A stretch of DNA of 64,000 nucleotides from Candidatus Cloacimonadales bacterium (GTDB lineage: Bacteria > Cloacimonadota > Cloacimonadia > Cloacimonadales > JAIOQZ01). Where the stretch lies: positions 3,744,001-3,808,000 of the forward strand of contig OY762463.1 in the NCBI GenBank assembly GCA_963665815.1, in the 5' to 3' direction. Each line of letters begins with the position of its first letter. Position 1 is the stretch's first letter. The position numbers and the translations under genes are program-made. A model generated the notes under the pieces. The model was given only the letters and a program-made list of their open reading frames with translations. It did no database searches and had not been told where the DNA came from. This document shows positions 49,027 to 62,638 of the stretch, one piece after another.

Positions 49027-49375
49027 TTTTCCCCCTGTAGTCCCAAACAGCTTCATACCCCTATAAAGCAGTTCCAGACTTTTTATAGAATAAATTTTTA
49101 ACAAAATTACATTTCTTTATCATGAATAGTCAAGGATTATATGATGTATTTGTGAAATTATGGTGATTGGGGGAGTTAACGAAAGTAAAAAAGTAAGATC
49201 TCACAGAATTTTTATATTTTGTTAACACGAAATTGCTATATATTATAAAAACATGCTATTTATGAATTTTCAGATATGAAATCAGGTGAAATTTTGATTG
49301 ACTAAAAAACGTTATTTCTAAATTTTGAACATGAAAGAAAGTGGATATTTAAAACTATTATAAAGGAAGGATACT

Positions 49376-52300
49376 ATGGGAAAAGTTACAAAAGCTACAC
49401 TGGACGGAAATCAAGCGGCAACACACGTTGCATACGCATTCAGCGATGTCGCTGCGATTTACCCGATTACTCCCTCTTCAGACATGGGGCAGTATGCTGA
49501 TGCCTGGGCTGCAAATGGTAGGAAAAACTTGTTCGGTCAGATTCTCGACGTGGCTGAACTGCAATCAGAAGCCGGCGCGGCAGGAGCTGTTCACGGAGCC
49601 CTCTCAGCAGGTGCACTGACAACAACTTTCACTGCTTCTCAAGGACTCATGCTTATGCTTCCTAACATGCACAAAATCGCAGGGGAAATGCTTCCTGCTG
49701 TTTTCCATGTTTCAGCAAGATCATTAGCATGTCAATCACTCTCAATCTTTGGAGATCATTCAGACGTTATGTCAGCTCGTAATACTGGCTGGGCAATAAT
49801 GGCTGCATCTTCAATCCAGGAAATCATGGACTTAGGTCTTGTATCCCATCTCGCTACATTAAAAGCAAAAATCCCTTTCATGAACTTCTTTGATGGATTC
49901 AGAAACTCACATGAAATTCAGAAAATCGATATGATTGATTATGAAGTGTTCGAAGAAATGCTTGATATGAAATACGTTGAAGATTTCAGAAGTAGAGCAA
50001 TGAATCCGGAAGTACCACGTGTTAAAGTTGGTGCTCAGAATCCTGATGTTTATTTCCAGGGTAGAGAAACTGTTAATAAATATTATGATGCAACACCTGA
50101 AATCGTTAAAGAATATATGGAAGAAGTCTACAAAAAAGTCGGTAGAAAATACAACCTTTTCGATTATGTAGGTGCTCCTGATGCAGATAGAATGATTATT
50201 GCAATGGGATCAGGCTGCGAAACAATCGAACAGACTATTAACTATCTTAACGAGAAAAAAGGAACTAAACTCGGACTTCTCAAAGTTCGTCTTTACCGTC
50301 CATTCTCAGTAAAAGATTTTGTAGAAGCAATTCCGCAATCAGTTAAGAAAATCGCTTGTCTCGACAGAACAAAAGAACCGGGTTCAATTGGCGAACCACT
50401 TTATCTTGACACTGTTGCTGCTCTTAAAGATCGCAAAGATATGCTTATTATCGGTGGTAGATATGGTCTTTCTTCAAAAGAATTCACACCTTCAATGGTA
50501 AAAGCAATTTACGATCACCTTAACGGAGAAGCTTTCCACGGTTTTACAGTAGGTATCGAAGATGACGTTACTTTCAAGTCACTGAAAATAGTTGATCATA
50601 TTGATGCTGCTCCTGAAGGAATGGTAAACTGTAAATTCTGGGGACTCGGATCAGACGGTACAGTAGGAGCTAACAAAAACTCTATCAAAATTATCGGTGA
50701 CAATACTGATATGTATGCTCAGGGTTACTTCCAGTATGATTCAAAGAAATCAGGCGGGATTACAAGATCACACCTCAGATTCGGTAAAAGCAAGATTCAA
50801 TCAGAATATCTTGTACAGAACGCAGATTTCATCGCTGTACACAATCAGGCATTCCTCACACGTTTCGACGTTCTTGAAGGAATCAAAGAAGGTGGAGTAT
50901 TCCTTCTTAACTCTAACTTCCCTAAAGAAGAAGTATTCGAAAACCTTACAGCAGAACAACAGAAAACAATAATTGAAAAGAAAATCAAACTTTATAATAT
51001 AAACGCACTTGAAATTGCCGGAGAAGTTGGTCTCGGACAAAGAATCAACACAGTTATGCAGACAGCATTCTTCCTTATTTCCGGTGTACTTGAACGTGAA
51101 GCGGCAATCGAAATGATTAAGAAAGCAATTCACAAATCATTCATCAAAAAAGGTCAGGAAGTTGTTGATATGAACTGGTCAGCAGTTGATAAAACAAATG
51201 CTGCACTCGTTGAAGTTCCTGTTCCTGCTGCTGTAGCTGAAAAATCAGCTCCAAACGACGTTCTTATTCCAGAAAATTCAGATGATTTCACCAAGAATAT
51301 TATTGAACCTATTATGAGAGAAAAAGGCGATGATATTCCTGTTTCTCAAATGCCGTTTGACGGGTATATTCCATCAGGAACAACAAGACTGGAGAAACGC
51401 GGTGTTGCTCCATTCGTACCTCACTGGATTCCTGAAAGCTGTATTCAGTGTAATCAATGTTCCGTTGTATGTCCTCACGCTGCTATCAGACCAAAACTGA
51501 TAGACAGAGATCTTCTTAAAGATGCTCCTGAAACCTTCACAACCCTTAAAGCAATGGGTAAAGATGGTGAAAAGTATGATTACAAAATTCAGGTTTACAC
51601 AGAAGACTGTCAGTCTTGCGGAAGCTGTGCAAATGTATGCCCTAAGGGTGCACTTGTAATGACTGACGTACAGACAGAAAGAGATAATGGTGAAATTGAT
51701 AACCAGAAGTTCTTCGAAAACCTTCCTGAAGATATCCTCAGTGAAGTTGTTTCCGTAGAATCTGTTAAAGGTTCTCAGTTCAAGCAGCCTCTTATGGAAT
51801 TCTCCGGTGCATGTGCAGGTTGTGGTGAAACTCCATACGTTAAACTTATTACTCAATGGTTTGGCGATAGAATGATCATTGCTAACGCAACAGGTTGTTC
51901 ATCGATCTGGGGTGGTACATTCCCTGCAATTCCTTATTGCAAGAACAAGCACGGACAGGGACCAACCTGGGCGAACTCATTATTCGAAGATAACGCTGAG
52001 TACGGTTTCGGTATGAAACTCGCAGTTGATTCTCACAGAAGACAGCTGATGTATAACATGAAGCTTTACATTGAACTCGGTCTTAATGACGAGATCACAG
52101 CTCTGTTTAACAAAGCTATTGAATTATGGCAGCAGACTTCAGAAGAAGCAAAAGAAAACTCAAGAAAGATTCAGGAGCTTCTTCCAACAATTAAAGCAGA
52201 AGGTGATGCTGCTAAATACCTCAGAAGAGTTATTGAACTCCAGCACAACTTTGTACCTAAGAGTGTCTGGGCGTTCGGTGGTGACGGCTGGGCTTATGAT

Positions 52301-52897
52301 ATTGGCTTTGGCGGTCTTGATCACGTACTTGCTTCAGGCAAAAACATTAATATTCTTGTAATGGATACAGAGGTTTACTCAAATACCGGTGGACAGGCTT
52401 CAAAAGCAACTCCTATCGGATCTGTAGCAAAATTTGCTGAATCAGGAAAACCAACAACCAAGAAAGATCTTGGTATGATGATGATGAGTTACGGCTATGT
52501 TTACGTAGCTTCAGTATCAATGGGCGCAAACAAAGCTCAGATGACTAAAGCTATTCAGGAAGCTGAAGCATATGACGGACCATCAATCATTCTTGCTTAT
52601 GCTCCATGTATCAACCACGGAATTGATATGTCTAACACACAAGCTGAAGAAAAACTTGTTGTGGACACTGGTTACTGGCTGCTTTACAGATACAATCCTG
52701 CTCTTAAGGCTGAAGGTAAAAATCCGTTTACTCTGGATTCAAAAGCTCCAACAAAACCGGTAATAGATGTACTTCAAAATGAAAAACGTTATACTTCTTT
52801 AAGAATGTCATTCCCTGATAAAATTGATGGTTACTGGGCAGCAGCAGATAAGTTTGTAAAAGCTCGTTACGAGCAATACAAGAAAATGTCTGAATAA
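49376..52897 (+). CDS. nifJ: Pyruvate:ferredoxin (flavodoxin) oxidoreductase
   Basis: AIYPITPS, QSEAGAAG, GLGSDGTVGANK, CIQCNQC, EFSGACAGCGETPY and GGDGWAYDIG motifs. Confidence 0.97.
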   Translation: MGKVTKATLDGNQAATHVAYAFSDVAAIYPITPSSDMGQYADAWAANGRKNLFGQILDVAELQSEAGAAGAVHGALSAGALTTTFTASQGLMLMLPNMHKIAGEMLPAVFHVSARSLACQSLSIFGDHSDVMSARNTGWAIMAASSIQEIMDLGLVSHLATLKAKIPFMNFFDGFRNSHEIQKIDMIDYEVFEEMLDMKYVEDFRSRAMNPEVPRVKVGAQNPDVYFQGRETVNKYYDATPEIVKEYMEEVYKKVGRKYNLFDYVGAPDADRMIIAMGSGCETIEQTINYLNEKKGTKLGLLKVRLYRPFSVKDFVEAIPQSVKKIACLDRTKEPGSIGEPLYLDTVAALKDRKDMLIIGGRYGLSSKEFTPSMVKAIYDHLNGEAFHGFTVGIEDDVTFKSLKIVDHIDAAPEGMVNCKFWGLGSDGTVGANKNSIKIIGDNTDMYAQGYFQYDSKKSGGITRSHLRFGKSKIQSEYLVQNADFIAVHNQAFLTRFDVLEGIKEGGVFLLNSNFPKEEVFENLTAEQQKTIIEKKIKLYNINALEIAGEVGLGQRINTVMQTAFFLISGVLEREAAIEMIKKAIHKSFIKKGQEVVDMNWSAVDKTNAALVEVPVPAAVAEKSAPNDVLIPENSDDFTKNIIEPIMREKGDDIPVSQMPFDGYIPSGTTRLEKRGVAPFVPHWIPESCIQCNQCSVVCPHAAIRPKLIDRDLLKDAPETFTTLKAMGKDGEKYDYKIQVYTEDCQSCGSCANVCPKGALVMTDVQTERDNGEIDNQKFFENLPEDILSEVVSVESVKGSQFKQPLMEFSGACAGCGETPYVKLITQWFGDRMIIANATGCSSIWGGTFPAIPYCKNKHGQGPTWANSLFEDNAEYGFGMKLAVDSHRRQLMYNMKLYIELGLNDEITALFNKAIELWQQTSEEAKENSRKIQELLPTIKAEGDAAKYLRRVIELQHNFVPKSVWAFGGDGWAYDIGFGGLDHVLASGKNINILVMDTEVYSNTGGQASKATPIGSVAKFAESGKPTTKKDLGMMMMSYGYVYVASVSMGANKAQMTKAIQEAEAYDGPSIILAYAPCINHGIDMSNTQAEEKLVVDTGYWLLYRYNPALKAEGKNPFTLDSKAPTKPVIDVLQNEKRYTSLRMSFPDKIDGYWAAADKFVKARYEQYKKMSE

Positions 52898-52973
52898 TAA
52901 ACAGTTAGAAAAAGCTTTACAAAGAATGTCATAGATAAATTTTAAGACTTCATTAAAATACGGAGGTAACAAT

Positions 52974-53243
52974 ATGGCTTTAAGTCTTGAGGCTAAGAAA
53001 GCGATTATGGCAGCGTATGGTCTCCATGATTCCGATACCGGCTCACCTGAAGTTCAGGTTGCTTTGATTTCAGAAAGAATCAAGCAGATTACTGAGCATC
53101 TGAAAATTCATAAGAAAGATTTTCACACGAGACGCGGTTTATTAAAACTGATCGGACAAAGAAGACGTTTACTTGATTATCTGACCAGAAAAGATATTGA
53201 GCGTTATCGTACAGTTATAAAATCGTTAGGACTTAGACGTTAG
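52974..53243 (+). CDS. rpsO: 30S ribosomal protein S15
   Basis: [29 protein letters not shown]. Confidence 0.98.
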   Translation: MALSLEAKKAIMAAYGLHDSDTGSPEVQVALISERIKQITEHLKIHKKDFHTRRGLLKLIGQRRRLLDYLTRKDIERYRTVIKSLGLRR

Positions 53244-53252
53244 TTACGTAAC

Positions 53253-53277
53253 AAGGGGGAAGTTATTCCCCCTTTTA
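53253..53277 (+). terminator. rpsO intrinsic terminator
   Basis: AAGGGGGAA-GTTA-TTCCCCCTT followed by T residues. Confidence 0.8.
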
Positions 53278-53289
53278 TCTCATTAATAC

Positions 53290-53358
53290 AAGCAGAGAAT
53301 TTGAGCAATACGCTAAAGACATTAACTTGTTTTCAGCCTATTGCTTACATCTCTGCTT
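53290..53358 (+). promoter_or_regulatory. Long hairpin in the pnp leader (candidate RNase III site)
   Basis: AAGCAGAGA..TGAGCAATA..loop..TATTGCTTA..TCTCTGCTT, in the same position as the E. coli pnp leader stem. Confidence 0.6.
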
Positions 53359-53392
53359 ATAATACAAAAACACTAAAAAAAAAAGAGGGAAA

Positions 53393-57098
<3,706 letters not shown>

Positions 57099-57190
57099 TG
57101 TTAATATGCTGTAAAAAAAAACTTGCCATATTTAAGGTAGATTTTAGGTTTCCGTTTGGAAAAATAAATAATCGATATTTGGAGGAATAA

Positions 57191-58486
57191 ATGTCATTAA
57201 TTGACAAAATTAAGGATAAAACTTCGTTTGTTGCCATTATTGGTTTAGGTTACGTTGGATTACCAATGGCAGTAACTGTTGCCAGAAAGGGATTCAATGT
57301 ACTTGGAATTGATGTTAGTAAAAGATGTGTAGACGCTGTTAATGCAGGACAAAACTATATTGGTGATGTTGATGATGCCGAACTGAAAGAACTTGTAGAA
57401 AAAGAAATGATAAAAGCAACAACAGATTACTCTGAAATTAAAGACGCTGATGTTGTAATGATTGCAGTTCCTACTCCACTTGATAAATTCCAGCAACCGG
57501 ATTCTTCATATATTGAAAAATCAATTGAATCAATGAAGGATTATATTAAAGAAGGTGCTCTTATTGTTCTTGAAAGTACAACATATCCTGGCACAACAAG
57601 GGAGATAATCGCTCCTGCTTTCAAAGAAAAATTTGAAATTGGGAAAAGCATTTTTATAGCGTTTTCTCCTGAGAGAGTTGATCCGGGTAATCTTCAGTAT
57701 AAAACTCATAATACACCTAAAGTTGTTGGTGGAATGACTGAGAAATGTAATGAAATCTCCAAGGTTTTTTACGAAAATGTACTTGATGCAGAAGTATATC
57801 TTGTATCATCACCAGATATTGCTGAGATGGAAAAGATTTACGAAAATACATTCAGAAATATTAACATTGCTCTTGCTAATGAAATGACAATACTGTGTGA
57901 TAGAATGGGAATTAATATCTGGGAAGTTATTAATGCAGCAAAGACAAAACCTTATGGTTTTATGGCATTCTACCCGGGACCTGGCGTTGGTGGACACTGT
58001 ATTCCTATTGACCCGTTCTACCTTACATGGAAAGCAAGAGAGTTTAATTATCATACAAGACTTATTGAACTCGCAGGTGAGATAAACGTTGCAATGCCTG
58101 AATTTGTTGTAAACAAAGCACTCAAGCTTCTGAACAAGAAAGGAAAAGCATTATCACAATCTAAAGTTCTTCTTCTTGGAGCAGCTTATAAAAAAGATAT
58201 TGAGGATATGAGAGAATCTCCAATTATGGAAGTCATTCTTGAGCTTGAAGAAATGAATGCTGATTTTGATTATCATGATCCTTTCGTTCCTGAATTCCAC
58301 AATGAACTTAATGATAAGAAGTATAAATCTGTTGGACTTGAAAATATCAGTGAATATGATATTGTAATCATAATTACTGATCATACTACTGTGAATTATC
58401 AGGAAATAGCTGATAAAGCTCAGCTTATTCTTGATACAAGAAATGCAACAAAAGAAATTTCAGCAGATAATATAGTATTATTATAA
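57191..58486 (+). CDS. UDP-N-acetyl-hexosamine 6-dehydrogenase (WbpA/WecC family)
   Basis: GLGYVGLP, VPTP, ESTTYPGTT, FSPERVDPG and PGPGVGGHCIPIDP motifs. Confidence 0.9.
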   Translation: MSLIDKIKDKTSFVAIIGLGYVGLPMAVTVARKGFNVLGIDVSKRCVDAVNAGQNYIGDVDDAELKELVEKEMIKATTDYSEIKDADVVMIAVPTPLDKFQQPDSSYIEKSIESMKDYIKEGALIVLESTTYPGTTREIIAPAFKEKFEIGKSIFIAFSPERVDPGNLQYKTHNTPKVVGGMTEKCNEISKVFYENVLDAEVYLVSSPDIAEMEKIYENTFRNINIALANEMTILCDRMGINIWEVINAAKTKPYGFMAFYPGPGVGGHCIPIDPFYLTWKAREFNYHTRLIELAGEINVAMPEFVVNKALKLLNKKGKALSQSKVLLLGAAYKKDIEDMRESPIMEVILELEEMNADFDYHDPFVPEFHNELNDKKYKSVGLENISEYDIVIIITDHTTVNYQEIADKAQLILDTRNATKEISADNIVLL

Positions 58487-58509
58487 TAAATAATATGCAT
58501 TTTAACACG

Positions 58510-58553
58510 AAAAGAGTTCCTGATGTCATCCAGAATGTCGGGAACTTTTTTTT
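58510..58553 (+). terminator. Intrinsic terminator
   Basis: AGAGTTCCTGAT..GTCGGGAACTTT stem followed by a T-tract. Confidence 0.75.
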
Positions 58554-58565
58554 ACAAGACACAGG

Positions 58566-59552
58566 ATGGGAATCATGAATGAAACTCCAAACTCCGGACC
58601 TGTTCCGGTTAAATTGAAGATTAGTGGAAAGAAAATTTTACTGATTTTAGTTGCAGTAGTTGTTTTAATATTGTTTTCTACAGGATTATATGTTATTAAT
58701 CCAGAAGAGGTTGGTGTGATTCAAAGATTTGGAAAATATTTGAAGACTTCCCAACCGGGATTGAACTTCAAGATACCTTTTGGTGTGGATAAACTTACAA
58801 AAGTTGAAGTAAGAAGAGTTTTAAAAGAAGAATTTGGTTTCCGCACAATTGCAGCGGGAGTTAAATCAAAGTTTTCCCAAAAAGAATATGATAATGAATC
58901 AATTATGCTTACCGGGGACTTGAACATTGCTGATGTTGAGTGGATTATTCAATATAGAATAAAAGATCCACAGAAATACTTATTTAATGTCAGAAATGTT
59001 CGCGAAACACTGCGGGATGTTACAGAGTCAACTGCAAGACAGATTGTAGGTGACAGAAGTGTTGATGAAGTTATTGTACTAAGCAGAAAAGACATAGCTT
59101 ATGAAATAGAGACTTTAATTCAGGATATATTACAGAAATATAATACCGGTATTGAAGTAGTTAAAATTAATCTTCAAAATGTTAATCCTCCCCAACCTGT
59201 ACAGAAAGCATTTAACGATGTGAACTCTGCTAAGCAGGAAGAAGAGAAAATTGTGAATCAAGCTCTTCAAAAGTATAATCAGATTATTCCTGAAGCTCGT
59301 GGTAAAGCAAAGAGAACTATTGAAGAAGCAGAAGGTTATGCTGTCAATAGAATCAACAGAGCAGAAGGTGATGCAAATCGTTTCAACTCCGTATGGAAAG
59401 AATACAATAAAGCGAAAACCGTTACCAAGAGCAGGCTCTATATCGAATCTATGGAAAAAGTGTTAAATAAAACCGATAAGGTTTATATAATTGATGAAAA
59501 GGTTAAGAGCTTCCTTCCACTTCTGAATATTAATCAGGGAGGTGAAAAATGA
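58566..59552 (+). CDS. hflK: FtsH modulator HflK
   Basis: TM helix plus SPFH domain: GVIQRFGK, MLTGDLNI, NPPQPVQKAFNDV and RLYIESME. Confidence 0.93.
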   Translation: MGIMNETPNSGPVPVKLKISGKKILLILVAVVVLILFSTGLYVINPEEVGVIQRFGKYLKTSQPGLNFKIPFGVDKLTKVEVRRVLKEEFGFRTIAAGVKSKFSQKEYDNESIMLTGDLNIADVEWIIQYRIKDPQKYLFNVRNVRETLRDVTESTARQIVGDRSVDEVIVLSRKDIAYEIETLIQDILQKYNTGIEVVKINLQNVNPPQPVQKAFNDVNSAKQEEEKIVNQALQKYNQIIPEARGKAKRTIEEAEGYAVNRINRAEGDANRFNSVWKEYNKAKTVTKSRLYIESMEKVLNKTDKVYIIDEKVKSFLPLLNINQGGEK

Positions 59553-60478
59553 GAAGATCTCCAGTAGCTATTCTAATAATTGTAGCCATTATCATTATTG
59601 CAAATGGACTTTACATTGTTGATGAAACCAAGCAAGTTATCATTACTCAATTTGGTAAACCGGTTGGTGAAGCTATTACAAGTGCCGGTCTCAAGTTTAA
59701 ACTCCCATTTATACAAAAAGCAAATTTCTTTGAAAAACGCGTTCTTGAGTGGGATGGAGAACCTAAACAGATTCCAACATCTGATAAAAAATATCTCTGG
59801 GTAGACACATTCGCTAGATGGAGAATAGATGATCCTTTACTTTTCTTCCAGACAATGAGGGATGAAAATTCTGCACATGGTCGACTTGATGATATTATTT
59901 CAGGAACAACCAGAGATATTATTTCATTAAATCTTCTTATTGAAGTGGTTCGAAACTCAAACAGAACCATGGAATTCACAGAGGATTATGATCCTTCACT
60001 TGATGAAGTCATTAGAGCAGAAATCATGCATGGAAGATCAGGAATTGCAGATAATATTCTGGAACAATCTAAACCGGCAGTTGCAAAATATGGAATTGAG
60101 CTGATTGATGTAAGGATTAAAAGAGTAAATTACATTGATGATGTAAGAAGAAAAGTATTTGAAAGAATGATATCCGAAAGACAGAAAATTGCTGCAAAAT
60201 ACAGGTCTGCCGGACAGGGAAAAGCTGCCGAAGTTCTTGGTAAGATGCAGCGTGAGCTGGATCAGATTCAATCCGAAGCATATAGAACAGCTCAGGAAGT
60301 TAAAGGTAGGGCAGATGCCAAAGCTACAGCTCTGTACGCTAAATCATATAGTAAAGATCCTGAGTTTTACAGATTTATGAAAACTCTTGAAACCTATGAA
60401 AAAACAATAAAAAAAGATGACACATTAATCCTTTCTACAGATGGTGACTACTTCAAGTATCTGAAGAAAGGTAAATAA
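59549..60478 (+). CDS. hflC: FtsH modulator HflC
   Basis: ITQFGKPV, GLKFKLPF, RMISERQ and YSKDPEFYRF motifs. Confidence 0.93.
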   Translation: MRRSPVAILIIVAIIIIANGLYIVDETKQVIITQFGKPVGEAITSAGLKFKLPFIQKANFFEKRVLEWDGEPKQIPTSDKKYLWVDTFARWRIDDPLLFFQTMRDENSAHGRLDDIISGTTRDIISLNLLIEVVRNSNRTMEFTEDYDPSLDEVIRAEIMHGRSGIADNILEQSKPAVAKYGIELIDVRIKRVNYIDDVRRKVFERMISERQKIAAKYRSAGQGKAAEVLGKMQRELDQIQSEAYRTAQEVKGRADAKATALYAKSYSKDPEFYRFMKTLETYEKTIKKDDTLILSTDGDYFKYLKKGK

Positions 60479-60505
60479 AATCGAAAAAATTCCAAAGGGG
60501 GAATC

Positions 60506-61834
60506 ATGAATATTGTCGTTATTGGATCAGGCTACGTTGGACTTGTTACAGGAACTTGCTTTGCAGAAGTTGGTAATAATGTAATCTGCGTTGACAATAA
60601 TAAAGAAAAGATTGATAAACTCAATAACGGTATAATACCAATATACGAGCCAGGTTTGGAAAGACTCGTTGAAAGAAATGTTAAAGAAGGAAGATTGACT
60701 TTCACAACAGATATTAAAGATGCTGTTGAGAAATCTTTAATATGCTTCATTGCAGTTGGAACTCCTCCTGATGAAGATGGCTCTGCTGATCTTCAATATG
60801 TTGTTGCAGTAGCAGAAGATATCGCTAAGTATATGAATGAATATAAGATTGTAATTGATAAGTCTACAGTACCAATTGGAACTGCAGATATGGTATCAGA
60901 TAAGATTAAAGCTGTTCTTGCCGAAAGAAATGCAAACTTTGAATTTGATGTTGTTTCAAATCCAGAATTCCTTAAAGAAGGTGCTGCAATTGATGATTTC
61001 ATGAAACCGGACAGAGTTGTTATCGGAACAGATAACGTAAGAGTCGGTGAAATTATGAGACTGCTCTATGCTCCTTTCAACAGATCGTCTGACAGGGTTA
61101 TTATCATGTCTATCAGATCTGCTGAGATGACAAAGTATGCTGCTAATTCCATGCTTGCAACAAAGATTTCATTCATGAATGAAATTGCAAAACTTTGTGA
61201 AAAAATGGGTGCAGATGTATCAGATGTACGACATGGTATTGGTTCTGATACCAGAATCGGATACAAATTTATATATCCCGGAGTAGGTTATGGCGGAAGC
61301 TGTTTCCCAAAAGATGTAAAAGCTCTTATCAAAATGGCTACCAAAGCAGGCGTTGAACCAACACTTCTTAATGCTGTTGAAAGTGTTAATGATATCCAGA
61401 AAAAACTCTTAGCTGAAAAAGTTGTAAAACATTTCGGTGAGGATCTCAGTGGGCTTGTATTTGGTCTCTGGGGATTATCATTTAAACCTGAAACAGATGA
61501 TATGAGAGAAGCTCCGGCAATAGTTATTATTAATGAACTTATCAAACGCGGAGCAAAAATTCAGGCATTCGATCCTGAAGCAATGACAGAATCAAAACGG
61601 ATTTTCGGTGAAAACGAATCAATAGTATATTGTGAAAGCGAGTATAAAGCAATTGAAAACGCTGATGCTCTTCTTCTTGTTACTGAGTGGTTCCAGTTCA
61701 GGCATCCTGATTTTGATAAAATCAAGTCTCTGCTTCGTCAGCCTGTTGTGTTTGACGGTAGAAATCAGTATTCACCTGAAAAACTCACTGAAATGGGCTT
61801 TGAATACTATGCAATCGGAAGAGGCAAAGTATAA
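60506..61834 (+). CDS. ugd: UDP-glucose 6-dehydrogenase
   Basis: [36 protein letters not shown] and [10 protein letters not shown] motifs. Confidence 0.93.
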   Translation: MNIVVIGSGYVGLVTGTCFAEVGNNVICVDNNKEKIDKLNNGIIPIYEPGLERLVERNVKEGRLTFTTDIKDAVEKSLICFIAVGTPPDEDGSADLQYVVAVAEDIAKYMNEYKIVIDKSTVPIGTADMVSDKIKAVLAERNANFEFDVVSNPEFLKEGAAIDDFMKPDRVVIGTDNVRVGEIMRLLYAPFNRSSDRVIIMSIRSAEMTKYAANSMLATKISFMNEIAKLCEKMGADVSDVRHGIGSDTRIGYKFIYPGVGYGGSCFPKDVKALIKMATKAGVEPTLLNAVESVNDIQKKLLAEKVVKHFGEDLSGLVFGLWGLSFKPETDDMREAPAIVIINELIKRGAKIQAFDPEAMTESKRIFGENESIVYCESEYKAIENADALLLVTEWFQFRHPDFDKIKSLLRQPVVFDGRNQYSPEKLTEMGFEYYAIGRGKV

Positions 61835-61842
61835 AATACAAA

Positions 61843-62340
61843 ATGAGTAATTCAGATCAAGATATTTACTGGATGAAGAAAGCCCTTGCTATTGCGGAAA
61901 AGGGTTTCCAATCAGGGAATATTCCTGTTGGAGCTGTTCTTGTTAAGGACAACCAACTGATCGCACAAGCTCATAATCTAAAAGAAAATGTTCTGCAGCA
62001 TGCAGAAAAAATAGTTGTTGAGAGTGTAATTGCTGAAGGAGAGAAATACCTTTACGATTACACTCTCTATGTTACTGTTGAACCATGCAGTATGTGTGCC
62101 GGTATAATTGTCTGGAGTCGTGTTGGCAGGCTTGTTATTGGGGCTCAAGATACTAAAGCCGGAGCATGTGGTTCTGTATATAACATTCCGGAAGACAGAC
62201 AACTTAATCATAATCCGGAAGTAGTAAGAGGTGTTTTAAAAGAAGAATGCTCTCATTTGATGAGTGAATTTTTCAGGGAAAAGAGAAAAGAACGGAGAGA
62301 TGCCGGAGCGGTTGAACGGGGTGGTCTCGAAAACCATTGA
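61843..62340 (+). CDS. tadA: tRNA adenosine(34) deaminase
   Basis: PVGAVLV, HAE, YVTVEPCSMCAG and KAGACGS motifs. Confidence 0.88.
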   Translation: MSNSDQDIYWMKKALAIAEKGFQSGNIPVGAVLVKDNQLIAQAHNLKENVLQHAEKIVVESVIAEGEKYLYDYTLYVTVEPCSMCAGIIVWSRVGRLVIGAQDTKAGACGSVYNIPEDRQLNHNPEVVRGVLKEECSHLMSEFFREKRKERRDAGAVERGGLENH

Positions 62341-62383
62341 TCCAGCGATGGGTCCCAGGGTTCGAATCCCTGTCTCTCCGCCA
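62294..62383 (+). tRNA. tRNA-Ser(CGA)
   Basis: GGAGAGA..GTGGT-CTCGAAA-ACCAT, long variable arm, CAGGG-TTCGAAT-CCCTG, TCTCTCC-G-CCA. Confidence 0.95.
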
Positions 62384-62638
62384 TATATTTTAAAATCATT
62401 TTTTTTGCAATTTATAGATTAGCAGGTGAAGAATATTTTTATGTGTACCGATGAGATTCTTGATTTCACCAGAAAACTTCCTATAGATGCATATTTTAGT
62501 CAGAATTCGATGAATACTAAAATCGAGTCAATAACCCTATTTTGCAAAGGTATCTTTACTTTGAACTTAATCACCCATAAACACTTGACAAAATACGAGC
62601 TGATGAGAAGTTGAATCGAAACAAATTTTGGAGTACTC

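Noticed and set aside
40137..49085. CRISPR, integron or DGR interpretation of the array repeats
   Set aside because: Repeats are ~3 kb apart and include coding ends. No cas, integrase or reverse transcriptase is present, and there is no adenine-specific mismatch pattern or attC core sites.
49090..49370. Rex operator upstream of nifJ (TTGTGAA at about 49149)
   Set aside because: Only a half-site, with no matching TTCACAA arm.
62426..62614. 62-aa ORF upstream of guaB
   Set aside because: No motifs. It overlaps the probable guaB promoter region (TTGACA at 62585).
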